From Mobula hypostoma (lineage: Eukaryota): DNA of 60,000 nt. The notes beneath the pieces are model-generated. The model ran no database searches and had not been told where the DNA came from. It worked only from the letters and a program-made list of their open reading frames with translations. The position numbers were made by a program, and so were the translations under genes. Positions 25,051 to 39,171 of the stretch are shown here, in pieces (position 1 is the first letter of the stretch; each line of letters starts with the position of its first letter). The DNA lies in the NCBI RefSeq assembly GCF_963921235.1, contig NC_086097.1:75704001-75764000 (forward strand). The letters run 5' to 3'.

Positions 25051-25769
25051 ACCCATCCTGATAATTTGGTCATTTGAGATGAGAGTGTCATGCCTGTTTG
25101 CTATAAAACCCTCCAGTATACACTGGTAGACTAATGAATGATCAATTGGTTATGTATTAGAAGCTTTGCACATAGAAATCTATTTTTGTGTCGCTTGCCT
25201 TGTATAGCAGTTTGTGTGCCTCACTACAAACAGGATAGTCATTTAAGTCAACAAATGTTAAGGCCTGGAGAAAGGTCATTTAACCTATTGAATCCAGTCC
25301 AGCTCTCTGGAAAGACATTTCTGATCAATTTCATTTCTTGGCAATTTTCAATGGACCCTGTGTTTCTTTTTTCTTCTCTGTATCACTTGAAAATGTTGTT
25401 TAAGTCTCCTTAAGGAGGTACTTGCTGTGTGAAAATATTTCCTCATGTCAGCTCTGGCTGTTTAGCCAATCACTGTAAATTCGTGTCCTTTGGTTCTCAA
25501 CACTTCTGCCAATAGAGTGATCACTGTTTGGAACATTTCCATCAATTCACCAGTCAGACCGCCCTACTAAAGAGAGAGATTCAGCTTTTCAAGTCTATTC
25601 AGATTACTGAAGACCACATAGCCGTACAGAAATATAGCTCAGCAACAGGCCTTTGGGCCCTTTGAGCCTCCACTGATAGTCATTTATTTTATAGTAATTA
25701 TATGTTAATCCCATTTTTTTATTTTTCCCATATTCCTTCAACATCCCACCCCGAACATATTTTACTGCT

Positions 25770-25950
25770 CATCTACACTCTAGGGGTAGTTTAGAGTGAT
25801 TAATTAAATTACTGACCTGCATATCTTTGGGATGTGGGAGGAAATTGGGCCACCTGGAGGAAACTTGCATCACAGTGAGAATGTGCAAACCACACACAAG
25901 TACCCAAGTTCAGGATGTATCCAGCTGTGAGGCAGGGATACTAACCACTG
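25770..25950 (-). mobile_element. V-SINE fragment
   Basis: tctttgggatgtgggaggaaattgggccacctggaggaaac V-domain motif. Confidence 0.6.
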
Positions 25951-26084
25951 TACTAATGATGACCATTCTACTAACTCTTTACATTATGCTTTCTTGTTCT
26001 TCCTGCAATGTGATACCAAAATGGTTTGCAGACCCTCATTCCATCTGCAGTATTTTACAGATCAGTATAATGATCTTGTGTCCT

Positions 26085-27262
26085 CATGCCTCAACTCCAT
26101 TCTATTCCCCCTTGGTTCAGTCCCTTCCCACCTACATCCCCAACACTTCCTGTGCTCTCAATCTCCTCAGTAACTTTCGATTCCCTGGCCCTGACTGCCT
26201 CAGTTTCACCAAGGATGTCCAGTCCTTATACACTTCTAGCCCCATCAAGAAGGCCTTAAAACTCAACGCTTCTTTCTCAATAAAAGAACCAACAATTCCC
26301 CTCCACGACCACCCTCCTCCATCTGCCTGAACTGGTCCTCACCCGCTAAAATGTTTCCTTTGACACCTTCCACTTTTCTCCAGACTCAAGGGGTAGCCAT
26401 GGACACCTGCATGGATCCCAGCTATACCTGCCTCTTTGTTGGCTATGTAGAACAGTCCATTTTACAAGCCTTCCCCAGTAATACTCTTGAACTCTTCCTC
26501 CGCTATATTCATGACTGCATTGGTGCTGTTTCTTACACCCATGCTGAGCTTATCTATTTCATCAACTTTGCCTCTAACTCCCACCCTGCCCCTTAAATTC
26601 ACTTAGTCTCTTTCTGCCCCCCCCTTCTCTATCTCTGTTGGCAAACTGTCGACCGATATCTTTTATAAAACTAGAGATTCCCACAGCTATCTTGACTATA
26701 CCTTTTCCACCCTATCTCCTGTAAAAATCCTATTCTGTTTTCTCAGTTGCATCATCGGCACTCATTTATTCCCAGGATGCAACTTCCCTCTCCAGGACAT
26801 AATAGTTGGTTTCCCTTCCTCCAGCATAGATTCTCCCCTCATCCATATCTCCCCCATTTCCCGAATATCCACACTCACCCCACCTTCCCGCCACTTTAAC
26901 AGCAATACTGTTCCTCATGCCTTTACCTACAACCCCATGAGCCCTCGCATCCAACATATCCTCCTATGCAACTTCTGCCATCTCCAAAGGGATCCTACTA
27001 CAAAATCTACCTTTACTTCCTCCTCCCCTTTCCGCACGGACCACTTCCTCTGTGATTCACTTGTTCATTCACTCCTCCCTACTCATATCCCTCCTAGCAC
27101 TTATCCCTGCAAGTGGCCAAAGTGCTACACATGCTTATTCACCTCCATTCAAGACCCCAAACAGTCCTTTGAGGTACGGCAATACTTCATCTGCAAATCT
27201 GCTAGGGTCGTCTATTGTGTTTGGTGCTTCCGATGCGGCCACCTCTACATTGGTGAGATGTT
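26085..27262 (+). mobile_element. Decayed Penelope-like element (RT + GIY-YIG start)
   Basis: DVQSLYTS, QTQGVAMDTCMDPSYTCLF, RYIHDCIG, VVYCVWCFRCGHLYIGE. Confidence 0.85.
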
Positions 27263-27639
27263 GGATTGTGTAGCAGGAGAGACAGTTCAAAAGAAGCAAC
27301 CAAAGGCTGTCAGGACATTTGGCATGCCACAAGTCCCGAGGAACTGTTGGATTGCATAACGGGAGCGAGAGTTCAAAGGAAGTGAGCGGAGGCAGTGTGG
27401 ACATTCTGCATGCTACAGTTCCTGAGTAGATGTTGGCTTGTACGTAATTAGATACTTGACAAGGGTCAATGAAAAGAAGTAAGGTTTAAGTGGTGGCCAT
27501 TGTGTGAGTGGGCCAGTGTTAGAGTAGGGAGCTGAGGCTTTGGCTCCTAGAGGTTCCGGCATGGAGTGGTGAAAGCTGTAAGTCAGTTTCTCATTTAATT
27601 TTTACTTCCTTCCTTCCTTTCTTCCTTTCCCCTCCCGTC

Positions 27640-28585
27640 CTCCCGCAGTGGGGATTCCAGGCAGATCAGTGGAATACTCCTCATGCGTGATATGTAAAAG
27701 TAGGGCGACCTTGAGTGCCTCTGACAACTACACCTGCAAGAAGTTTATCCAGCTGCAGTTTTTTTCAGTCCATGAATTGGAGCTGGAACTAGATGAACTC
27801 TGGATCGTTCGGGAGGCTGAGTGGTTGGTCGACAGGACATACAAAGAAGTAGTTATACCCAAGGTGCAGGACCCAGGGTGACCATCAAGAGGGAGAAAGG
27901 AGATAAGCAACCAGTGCAGATTACCCCTGTGGCTGTTCCCCTCAGCAACAGGTATACCACTTCGGAAACTGTTGGTAGGTGATGGGGGGTGGTGGAATAA
28001 CATAGTAGAGGAAAGCTACAGCTGTCAGGTCTCTGGCACTGAGCTGGCTCTGTGGCTCAGAAGGGAAGGGGGGATAAGAGGACTGCAGTAGTGATAGCGG
28101 ATTCCATAGTTAGAGGAGTAGACATGATATACTGTGGATATAAAGGAGACGTCCAGATAATACGTTGCCTTAGGTGCCAGGGTCAGGGATATCTCGGATC
28201 AGGTCCACAGCATTCTAAAGCAAGAGAGTGAACAGCCGAAAGTTGAGGTACATAATTTGTACTAATGACATAGTTAGGAAAAGGGAGGAGGTTCTGAAGG
28301 TAGAATATACTGAGTTAGGTGAAAAGCTGAAAAACAGGATTTCCAGGGTAGAAATCTCTGGATTGCTGCCTGTACCATGTGCCAGTGAAGGTAAGAATAA
28401 GATGATTTGGCAGTTGAATGTGTGGCTGAGAAATTGGTTCAGGGACAGGTTTTCAGATTTCTGGATTATTGGGATCTCTTCTGGGGAAGGTATGACCTCT
28501 ACCAAAAAGATGGGTTACACCTAAACCAAGGGGGATAATATGCTTGTGGGTGGGTTTGCTAGAGCTGATGGGCAGGGTTTAAACC
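27640..28585 (+). mobile_element. CR1 ORF1 remnant (zinc finger/coiled coil + SGNH esterase)
   Basis: C..C..YTCKKFIQLQ..ELELELDELWIVREAE; AVVIADSIVRG; TNDIVRKREEVLK..ISGLLPVP; paralogous to 38395-38950. Confidence 0.85.
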
Positions 28586-29303
28586 ATTTTGTGCGTATCT
28601 TTGTCATGGTGGACTGAACTACCTGGTGGCCGGAGGCTGTTCCTCCAGTATCGATAACGGCTGTGGACGTGGCTCTTGAGTTCATCAGCTCTGGGTCAGT
28701 TGGTTCACTCCATCTGATATTTCTTCCAACCACAGTCCCCAATTCATGTCAGACCTCTGGGCCACAATGGCCAGAACCTCAACCTTAATTGCATCACTCC
28801 ATAGCATATCACCTGCAGTCCAATGGCCTTTGCTAATGGTTTCACCATTCCTTAAGGGCTGTTCGGAGGGCCTCCCTGATGGGAGTGTTTGTCTCCCGTC
28901 GGTCGTGCTGGGGCTCAGAGCAGCTCCAAAAAGAGGACCTATAGTCCTCCACAGCTGAGTTGGCATATGGGCAGCTGCTGCGAGTGCTGGGTGATTTTAT
29001 TCCTGGTCGGTGTCCCAGCAGTGTTCCACCCTCCTCAGTAAACTCAGTTTTTTTACACCTGTTACACCTCTCATCGTAGTGTACCTGTGGTTGGCACTCC
29101 ATCTAATATTTCTTGCATTCCAGTTGACCTGCGTTCGTGTTAGTCTGCCGTGTTACACATCAGCACCCCCTTAAGCCCCCCTTACAATGATCTGTTCCAT
29201 GTTTTGGAACAGTGTGAAAAGACTTTTATTATAGATAGGCAGGGTAAACCTGAATCTATTTCTGTAAGCTGGCTCACCAAAACCTGTAAGGCATTGATCG
29301 TGT

Positions 29304-29632
29304 GATAGCCGGAGGCTTTTTCCTAGGGCTGAAATGGCTAACACAAGGGGTCATAGTTTTAAGGTGCTTGGAAGTAGGTACGAGGAGGATGTCAGAGGTA
29401 AGTTTTTCACACAGAGTGTGGTGGGTGCGTAGAATGCACTGCCAGCGAAGGTGGGCGAGGCAGATATAATAGGGCCTTTTAAGAGACCCTTAGATAGGTA
29501 CATGGAGCTTAGAAAAATAGAGGGCTATGCGGTAGGGAAATTCTAGGCAGCTTGAAGAGTAGGTTACATGGTCAGCACAACATTGTGGGCTGAAGGGCTT
29601 GAAATGTGCTGTAGATTTTTATATTTCTCTGT
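29304..29632 (+). mobile_element. CR1 3' end
   Basis: LFPRAEMANTRGHSFKVLG..DVRGKFFTQSVVGA; 3' UTR as at 6940-7000. Confidence 0.8.
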
Positions 29633-31175
29633 TCCACTACCATACTCCCAGCATCACGGCATGAACATGTGCGTGTCAGCACACCCCTGGACGAGCCAGA
29701 GGCACCTGCTGTTACTCCAGCCAAGTCACATAGCACCCGAACTGGGCGGCTTATATGGTCTCCAGACAGACTCAGAGTGCCAGTTTTGGTAACTTCTGGG
29801 ATGGTGGGGGTGTGGTGGGTCTACATAAGGTAATATAATGGGTGGCAGGTGACACATTGTTTAAAATAAAAACTGTTTTACATCATTCACAAACTCCATC
29901 TTTGAGTTGTTGTATTCACTTTACGAGACGGTGTCTGACATATTGACATCAGTGTATAGCAACTGCTTTTGGTTTATTTGTAATGGAAGTAAAGGGCTGC
30001 CGCTTTTGTTAAGCACATAATATGACTCTCCTGTCTACCTCCTTTTCCCCCTCATGTCCTAGGTAGTGTTAATCTGAATGTGGCTGTGTGTACATTTTTT
30101 TCCTAAAATTTGACAATTCCGTTTTTATTTTTCTTGTTTAAATTTTTCAATCAGATTTCAGACCAAGGTATTCTGCCAAAAGAACATGTTAATATTATAA
30201 TCGCGAAAGTGTTAATTGTCTTTGTTATATTTTTACTATTGAGCTTTATTTTTACAGATTTTCTTAAGCCTTGAAGTAAATTCTGTCAGAAGGTTTCCTT
30301 TTCTCATCCCATGATCTATTTTCTTTGCTTGTTGATGTCCCAGATACTTAAATGCTTCCTATCCGTCCATTGATTGTAATGTATCCTGCTCCTCTGTTTT
30401 ATATTCTACTAGCTCTATTGCACCTTTTTTATGTTCAATGTTCTGCACTTATCTAGTTCAAAGTTCATGTTTATATCTTTTGAAAATAGTTCTACTATTT
30501 GAATTAAATGGATGAAGGAGCATATAATTTCAAATGTATTGAAGGTGTGTCAAGGTATAATTCATTTGGTTGTCTCTGATTTGATACTGTACTCTAGTTT
30601 TCTCTGATAGAATAAGTTAGAGAGCAGGTTTAAAGTTAGACAAAATCGTAGTGGGCTTAGAGAGTCGCCCTGGAAATGTTCTTTATTATTATTTAATTTT
30701 TTCTCTGCTCAAGCTGATAAAACCTGAGGTACAGGCATAGTTAAGCACACTCATTTCTCAATTCCTCTGATCTTTCAGATTATTCTAGTTGTGGTTTGGT
30801 ATTGTGGCCTTCTGGAGATTTACATAAATATTGCTATGTAGGCCTAATTGTTTATTGCTGTTGTGTTGTGACTTTGAAATGATACCAGTTGTAGATACTA
30901 ATGTTGGGACAATGTTTACCCTGTTCCTGTTCCATCATCTTTCAACATCCTGTTTTAGTTCAGCGTATTTCTGGTGTTTTTCCACTTACTGAATTCTATA
31001 TTTTGCCCAACACCATCCCCCTAGGCCTGAGTCGATGTTGTAGTAGTAGTAGAATTCTATATGATGTGTGCTTGGAATGGCTATATCTATTGTTCCTGCT
31101 TTTTATCCTGTAATATTATACCCAGATAGTTATTATGGATTGTCCAATTTGTAATAATGGATCGATCATAATATA

Positions 31176-32018
31176 CAGTTGGTCCTCCTTATCCGCGAGT
31201 TCCGCATGCGCGAATTCAACCAACCGCGAATCGAGAAAACCCGGAAGTGCTCTTCCAGTACTTGTTTTTCGAGCATGTACAGACTTTCTTTCTTGTCATT
31301 ATTCCCTAAACAATGCAGCATAACAACTGTTTTACGTAGCATTTACATTATATTATGTATTATAAGTAATCTAGAGATGATTTAAAGTATACGGGAGGAT
31401 GTGCGTAGGTTATCGTGTATCGGGATCGAAAAAAAACGTAAGTTCTCTTACTAAGTAAATCGGAACAGATACATCCGGTATTATTTACGTCCGTTAGTCA
31501 AACGTTTGTCTTAGTATATAGTATATATTTTATCTTTCTATGCACATAAAACACTTACCACGTATGTTTCAGCGCCGGGCTCAGGAATGGAAGTTCCCAA
31601 GTTCAATCCAGTGACAGATCGCTCCCGCGCGCGCTCTCCATCTGTGCTGGGTTGATGTGGAGGATCAAAAACCCAAAACCCAATAATTAAACCACTGCAT
31701 TGCTTAGTAATAATTGTAGCTTTCATCGGGGCAGGTCCTTTCTCACTTTATCCTTTAAAATTGTGCCGATTGCTTTATTATTTCCACTTTATTTTCGGTC
31801 GTGATTATTTTCGTGAACAGAAACACTGCGGATTCAGAGCTCCGCCGCCGGGTCCGAATGTCCACCACACTGAAACAGGTTAAATAAGATCCGGGTTCCG
31901 CTGGGTCCTAAGGTCTACCACATTGAGACAGGTTGAATGAGGGACTTGAGCATCCGCGTTTTTTGGTATCCACAAGGGGTCCCAAAACCAATCCCTCGCG
32001 GACAAGGATGGCCGACTG
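31176..32018. mobile_element. Non-autonomous TcMar-Tigger (MER2-like) DNA transposon
   Basis: TIRs cagttggtcctccttatccgcgag / ctcgcggacaaggatggccgactg; TA TSD on both sides; CpG-rich; internal ~50-bp imperfect duplication at about 31850-31945. Confidence 0.85.
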
Positions 32019-33419
32019 TAATTTGACTCTAACTCTTAAAAAAAGGATCAGGCTTGTACTTATAGTAAGATATGGTGTCTCTTATGAGTTTGTATTTTAA
32101 TGTAAGCTTTTGAAGAATGATGTTTGCGATTTGATTGAGTCTGTCATCCATCCATTCTCAGTACATTCCCTGCTATGCTTTCAATTTCTGCAGTAATCTA
32201 TTACGTGACACCTTATCAAATGCCATCTGAAAATGTGAGGGTCTGCCTAATCCATAGGGATACCTTATCCACTACAAATGTTACTACTTCAAAGCTGAAC
32301 ATGATTTCGCTTTTCACATAATGGTGCTCACTTTGTCCAATTTTTTTGTATTTAAAGTTCTTCGTTCTAATGTTTTTGTAATAGCTTCAAGCATTTCCCC
32401 TTAACATAGATATTCAGCTAACTGACTTGCAGATTCCTGTTTTGTGACTTCTTCCTTATTTGAATAAAAGAGTTACATTTGCTGTTGTTTGATCTAATGG
32501 AAACTTTTGCAAACCTAAGGAATTTTGGAAATTTTAAGCAGCACAGTACCTGTTTCTCTGGTCACATAAGATGCAATCATGACATGGTGATTGTAATTTT
32601 CCTGAGTTTGAGCCTTCCTTTTGAGTTCCTGATCTTAGAGCTGTATCTGGAATGTTATTCTATCCTTTATATTGGAGATAAATTCAAACCACTTGCTTAA
32701 CTTTTCTGTCCACTTTACATAGCAGTCAAGACTCTGGAATTAACTGGAGGATCAGTGTTGTGAATTTTTAAAATCTACACAAACTCCTGTTTTTATTTTG
32801 TATAGCTTTATTATGTACACTTTTATTCATTCATATTAATCATATGATGCATTGCTTTTCTCTATTCAGTTTGTGCAATTGTATGTTTTTTTCTTAATTT
32901 ATGCTTGATACATTTTTTAACTACAGTATTTTCTTCCAAATCACTTCTATGTTATGGCTCCCTGAACTTGAGTTATCCTTCTTTATTACTCTATCATTAA
33001 TTAATAAAGCCACTTAATAAATAGAGCCAATAATTGATAAAACCATTTTTGTTCTGGCATATGTTTTTTTTGAATGCCACTAACTTTCATGTTTATTTCA
33101 TCTTTTTTCATCTCTGACACAACTCTGTAATGACTTTTGGGTCATATTTATGGAAAACTGTATTTTCTGGGAACAAAGCATAAAAATTCTCCCTGTTGTT
33201 TAGATGGAAATCAATGCCAAGAAGAGTGCACTGCTTCGCTCAGACAAATACACTTGCTCAACTTGCCATTCTATATTGCACAAGTAAGGGACTTCTAGAA
33301 ATGTGGCTCCATCACTCTTTGACTATTATTCCTGTTGTATATTTACTATCATGAATAAGTGGGTTGATGCATGGAATTCACTTGAAAGCATTCATGAATA
33401 TTTGGACAGCGTGAGGGTT

Positions 33420-33690
33420 AAGTAGATAATGTAGCGGTTATTACAGCTTGGGACATTCCGGAGTTCGGCGTTTAATTCTTGTAAGAAGTCTCTATACATC
33501 CTCCCCACGGGATGCATGGGCTTTCTCCAGGTCCTCTGATTTCCTCCCACGTTCCAAAGATGAGCCAGGTAGGTTAATTGGTCAGCGTAAATTGTCCCAT
33601 GATTAGGTTGGGGTAAATTGGGTTTGTCAGGTTGCTGGGGCAGCGTGTCTTGAAGAGCTAGAAGGGCCTACTTGCTAAATATAATTAATA
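33420..33690 (+). mobile_element. V-SINE copy
   Basis: tgggctttctccaggtcctctgatttcctcccacgttccaaaga..ggttaattgg..taaattgtccc. Confidence 0.6.
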
Positions 33691-34531
33691 AATAAAGACA
33701 GTTGGAAAGAAGTAGTATTATTAGGATAAACTTTCAATTTGTTTTCCAAAGACCTTCAAATGTGTTATGAATTTGAGATATGCCAAAGTATCTTTTGCTG
33801 ATGAAGGGACGTTGTGATATAATATCCCTATTGTAGAGCAGCAAGCATTTTGATAACAATATCATGAAGTTACAGCTATAGGTGAAACATTCATCACTAT
33901 CAGGTTAACATTTCACAATGGATAGCATTATGCTTTATTAGATTGTATTATCAGGTACACTAATATGTTGCCTTGATATGTTTTTTCTTTAAATAATAGC
34001 ATTCCACAATTTTTCTTGATTTTTTGAGATTGATATATTAGATTACTTTATGAAAACTAAGAAGTAACTATCAGGATGGTGATACAAACAGGGTTTTAAG
34101 TAGTTTGGGAATAGTGATAAATTAACACAACGCATTGTTTCCAAGAAGAGTCCTAAATCTGAGGTCTGGAGGATTTTAGGAATTTGCAGCAGATCCCTGA
34201 TTATTTGATGGCAAAGATGTGACAAGATATTATCAAAAAATGAAGTATTTCTGCAACATTGTTAAATAAAAAGGTAGGCAAATGTAGGAGAAATTATGAT
34301 GGGGAGTGGATCACCAAGGTGAAAAAAATCTAATTAAACAAATATGTATGTCATTACTATAGAGAACTGTGGGTATACTGGAAATAACGAAAAAATAAAG
34401 ATCTAATAGCAAGGATCATAAAAATAATAAATTGATAATCCAGTACATGAGGAACTTTGCTGCCTCAGCAGAATTTCATTAGGATATTATAGGATATTAT
34501 TCCTATTAATACCTAATACTTTTCACTTTTT

Positions 34532-36632
34532 TAGATAGAAACCATAGAAACTACAGCACAGAAACAGGCCTTTTGGCCCTTCTTGGCTGTGCCGAACCAT
34601 TTTCTGCCTAGTCCCACTGACCTGCACATGGACCATATCCCTCCATACACCTCCCATCCATGTATCTGTCGAATTTATTCTTAAATGTTAAAAAAGAACC
34701 CGCATTTACCACCTCATCTGGCAGCTCGTTCCATACTCCCACCACTCTCTGTGTGAAGAAGCCCCCCCCCAATGTTCCCTTTAAACTTTTCCCCCCTCAC
34801 CCTTAACACATGTCCACTGGTTTTTTTCTCCCCTTGCCTCAGTGGAAAAAGCCTGCTTGCATTCACTCTATCTATACCCATCATAATTTTATATACCTCT
34901 ATCAAATCTCCCCTCATTCTTCTACGCTCCAGGGAATAAAGTCCTAACCTATTCAACCCTTCTCTGTAACTGAGTTTCTCAAGTCCCGGCAACATCCTTG
35001 TTAACCTTCTCTGCACTCTTTCAACCTTATTTATATCCTTCCTGTAATTTGGTGACCAAAACTGAACCCAATACTCCAGATTCGGCCTCACCAATGCCTT
35101 ATACAACCTCATCATAACATTCCAGCTCTTATACTCAATACTTTGATTAATAAAGGCCAATGTACCAAAAGCTCTCTTTATGACCCTATCTACCTGTGAC
35201 GCCACTTTTAGGGAATTTTGTATCTGTATTCCCAGATCCCTCTGTTCCCCTGCACTCCTCAGTGCCTTACCATGTATGTTCTACCTTGGTTTGTCCTTCC
35301 AACATGCAATACCTCACACTTGTCTGTATTAAACTCCATCTGCCATTTTTCAGCCCATATTTCCAGCTGGTCCAAGTCCCTCTGCAGGCTCTGAAAACCT
35401 TCCTCACTGTCTACTACACCTCCAATCTCTGTATCATCAGCAAATTTGCTGATCCAATTTACCACATTATCATCCAGATCATTGATATAGATGACAAATA
35501 ACAATGGACCCAGCACTGATCCCTGTGGCACACCACTAGCCACAGGCCTCCACTCAGAGAAGCAATTCTCTACTACCACTCTTTGGCTTCTTCCATTGAG
35601 CCAATGTCTAATCCAATTTACCACCTCTCCATGTATACCTAGCGACTGAATTTTCCTAACTAACCTCCCATGCGGGACCTTGTCAAAGGCCTTACTGAAG
35701 TCCATGTAGACAATATCCACTGCCTTCCCTTCATCCACTTTCCTGGTAACCTCCTCGAAAAGCTCCAATGGATTGGTCAAACATGACCTACCACGCACAA
35801 AGCCATGTTGACTCTCCCTAATAAGTCCCTGTCTATCCAAATGCTTGTAGATTCTGTCTCTTAGTATTCCCTCCAATAACTTACCTACTACCGACGTTAA
35901 ACTTACTGGCCTATAATTTCCCAGATTACTTTTCGATCCTTTTTTAAACAATGGAACAACATGAGCCACTCTCCAATCCTCCGGCACCTCACCCGTAGAC
36001 AGCGACATTTTAAATATTTCTGCCAGGGCCCCCGCAATTTCAACACTAGTCTCCTTCAAGGTCCGAGGGAACATCCTGTCAGGCCCCGGGGATTTATCCA
36101 CTTTAATTTTCCTCAAGACAGAAGCACCTCCTCCTTTTCAATCTGTACAGTTTCCATGATCTCACTACTTGATTCCCTTAATTCCATAGACTTCATGCCA
36201 GTTTCCTTAGTAAATACAGATGCAAAAAACCTATTTAAGATCTCCCCCATTTCCTTTGGTTCCGCACATAGCTGACCACTCTGATCTTCAAGAGGACCAA
36301 TTTTATCCCTTACAGTCCTTTTGCTCTTAATATACCTGTGAAAGCTCTTTGGATTATCCTTCACTTTGACTGCCAAGGCAACCTCATGTCTTCTTTTAGC
36401 CCTCCTGATAACTTTCTTAAGTATTTTCTTGTACTTCTTATAGTCCTCAAGCACCTGATTTACTCCCTGTTTCCTATACACATCATACAACTCCCTCTTC
36501 TTCTTTATCAGAGTTGCAATATCCCTTGAGAACCAAGGTTCCTTATTCCTATTCACTTTGTCTTTAATCCTGACAGGAACATACAAACTCAAAATTTTTC
36601 CTTTGAAGGCTTCCCACCTACCAATCACATCT
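34532..36632 (-). mobile_element. CR1 LINE, 5'-truncated, well-preserved ORF2 RT
   Basis: KSPGPD, NYRPVSLTS, QHGF, YMDFSKAFDKVPH, GVPQGSVLGP, FADD, LVRPNLEY; TTTCTATGG-like tail at the left end. Confidence 0.95.
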
Positions 36633-36819
36633 TACAATATTGTATAAAAATTTTTCAGTGAATCTGATAAATATAAAGGGAGCTCAGGAATGGGAGTGTA
36701 GGTTCATTGAATGAAATCTTAGCAGACATCATCTAGAAAGCCAAGTGCTAAACTAACAGGATTTCTGAATAGTTGGACAGTAGACCTTCTTGTCTCACAG
36801 AATCCCCACCACTCACTTT

Positions 36820-38290
36820 TCATGACTGATGTTGGACTCATCAGCCTACAGTTTTCTGGCTTGTTCTTCAATAAAAGCATAACATTAACTACTCTTCAGT
36901 TTTGTACCTCACCTGTGGCAAACAATAGAACTTTCTCTGCCAGGGCCCCAGCAAATTCTTCCCTAGCTTTCCACAGTGACCTAGGATACACTTGGTCAGG
37001 TATGGGGATTAATCTACCCTTATTATCTTTACACATATCTGCTGTCTGCCTACACATTTGCTCATCTAATTCCTGCTGGCTACTCAAGGTCCAGTTGCAC
37101 AATCCCATAAAAATAATTACTCCCTTTTTATTTCAGAGCTCCGACTATATAACATCATTGGATGATCCCACAGCAATATCCTCTCTAACTACTACTGTGA
37201 TGTTCTCCTTAATCAAAAAATAAAACTCCTCCTCCTGTCTTACCTCCATGCCTGCCACATCTGTAGCATCTTTACCCCAGAAATCTGAGCTCAGTGCTGC
37301 CTATCTCTCAACCATATTTCTGTCATAGTTCATAATATTCACACTCCCATGTACCTATTGATGACTTGAGTTCATCTGCCTTACTTGTCAGCCTTTTTTG
37401 CATTAAAGTAAATGCAGTTTAGTATATCAAACGTTCCTTGCTCCTTGTCTTGCTCCTGCCTTCTGAACTTGCTCGCATTAACTTAGACGTCTACCTCAGT
37501 AAATTCATCTGCCACATTGGCATTTCTTGTCCCAACCGCATGCCAATGTCATTCAAACTGTCCTGAGTTACACTGGCAGATTTTCTTGCCAGGATACTGG
37601 TCCCACCCAGCTTGGGTGCAATACATCCTTCATATAGAGCTGTCCTCAGCCCCAGAAGAGTTTCCAATGACCCATCCCGTTGGTCCTGCCCTCACCAGCA
37701 CATGACACTGAGAGTAACTGATAGCCTTTGAGGTTCTGCCTGTTAACCTTCTGCCTAGGTACCTATATTCATTCTGCAGGATTTTGTTCCATTTTCTATT
37801 GACATTGTTGGTACCAAAGTACTCAACGATTGCTGCTGCTTACCCTGCCTGATGAGAATGTTTTGCAACCCCACAGGGACTTTTGCACCCAGGAGACAAC
37901 ATACTATCTTGGAGTCTTACTTTTCTCTTGTCTTTCTCTTTAATTGTCAAGATTTCTGTCATTCCAGCTCTTCTTGTTTCTATCCTTTCCTGCTGTGTAT
38001 CCCCTTCAAATGCCTGATTTTTCAGTTAAGGGAATGGCCTCAGGGGAATCCTAATCTCATCCTGATCCCTCTCTCTCTCCTAGTGGTCAGGCTATTACTA
38101 GCTGCTTGCACCTTTGTGACCATCTCACTAATGTTCCTGCCTATGGTTCTCTCAGCATCACTGGTGATCCAGCTGTACCTCTAGCCACTGAAGATGCTCA
38201 TCCAGGAGTTGCAGTCTCAGTACTTGCACCTCAAGCACAGTACTTCACTTCAATAACAGCAACTGTCACAATGGCTGCTTCACTGTAGCT
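36820..38290 (-). mobile_element. Heavily decayed CR1 (ORF1/ORF2 pieces)
   Basis: PDQVYPRSLWKAREEFAGAL..ATGEV; esterase-region homology near 37700-37915. Confidence 0.55.
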
Positions 38291-39171
38291 CATCTGCTTT
38301 TAAATAATCAACATTTTCTTGAATTAGTGTGCACATGTAATTATAGCACCTCCTTGCACAGTGGAACACAGAAATATTGCAAGGAAATGTTGATTTCAGG
38401 CACTGAGCCTGGCGCTGTTGTGCAGGAGGGAAGGAGGGAGAAGAGGAATGCGGTAGTCATAGGGGATTCCATAGTCAGGGGAACAAACAGGAGATTCTGT
38501 GAGCCTGATAGAGATACCCACGTGGTGTGTTACCTCCCAGGTGCCAGGGTACGGGATGTCTCGGATCGGGTCCAGAATATTCTGAAGGGAGAGGGCGAGC
38601 AGCCAGCTGTCTTGGTACATGTTGGTACCAATGACATAGATAGGAAAAGGGAGGAAGTCCTGAAGAGAGATTTCTGGGAGTTAGGAAGGAAGCTGAGAAG
38701 CAGGACCTCCAGGGTAGTAACCTCAGGATTGCTACCTGTGCCACGTGCTAGCGAGGGCAAGAATAGTAGGATCAGGCAGATGAATGCATGGCTGAGAGAC
38801 TGGTGCAGGGGAAGGGCTTCAGATTCTTGGATCATTGGGATCTCTTCTGGGGAAGTATGACCTGTTCAAAAAGGATGGGTTGCACCTGAACCCGAAGGGG
38901 ACCAATATCTTGGCGGGAAGGTTTAATAGAGCAGTTAGGGAGGGTTTAAAGTAATTTGGCAGGGGGATGGGATCTGGAATGATAGAGCAGAAGAGGGGGA
39001 AAACAGAAATAGATCTAAGATAGTGAGTAGTAAAGATGTCAGGAAGGTCAGGCAGGTGATGGGGCAAATTTGCAGCCATTGGGATGAGTTGCAGTGCAAT
39101 CAAAGCAAAGAGTACCAAATACTGGACTTAAGGTGTTAAACTCAAATGCACGCAGCATAAGGAATTAGGTG

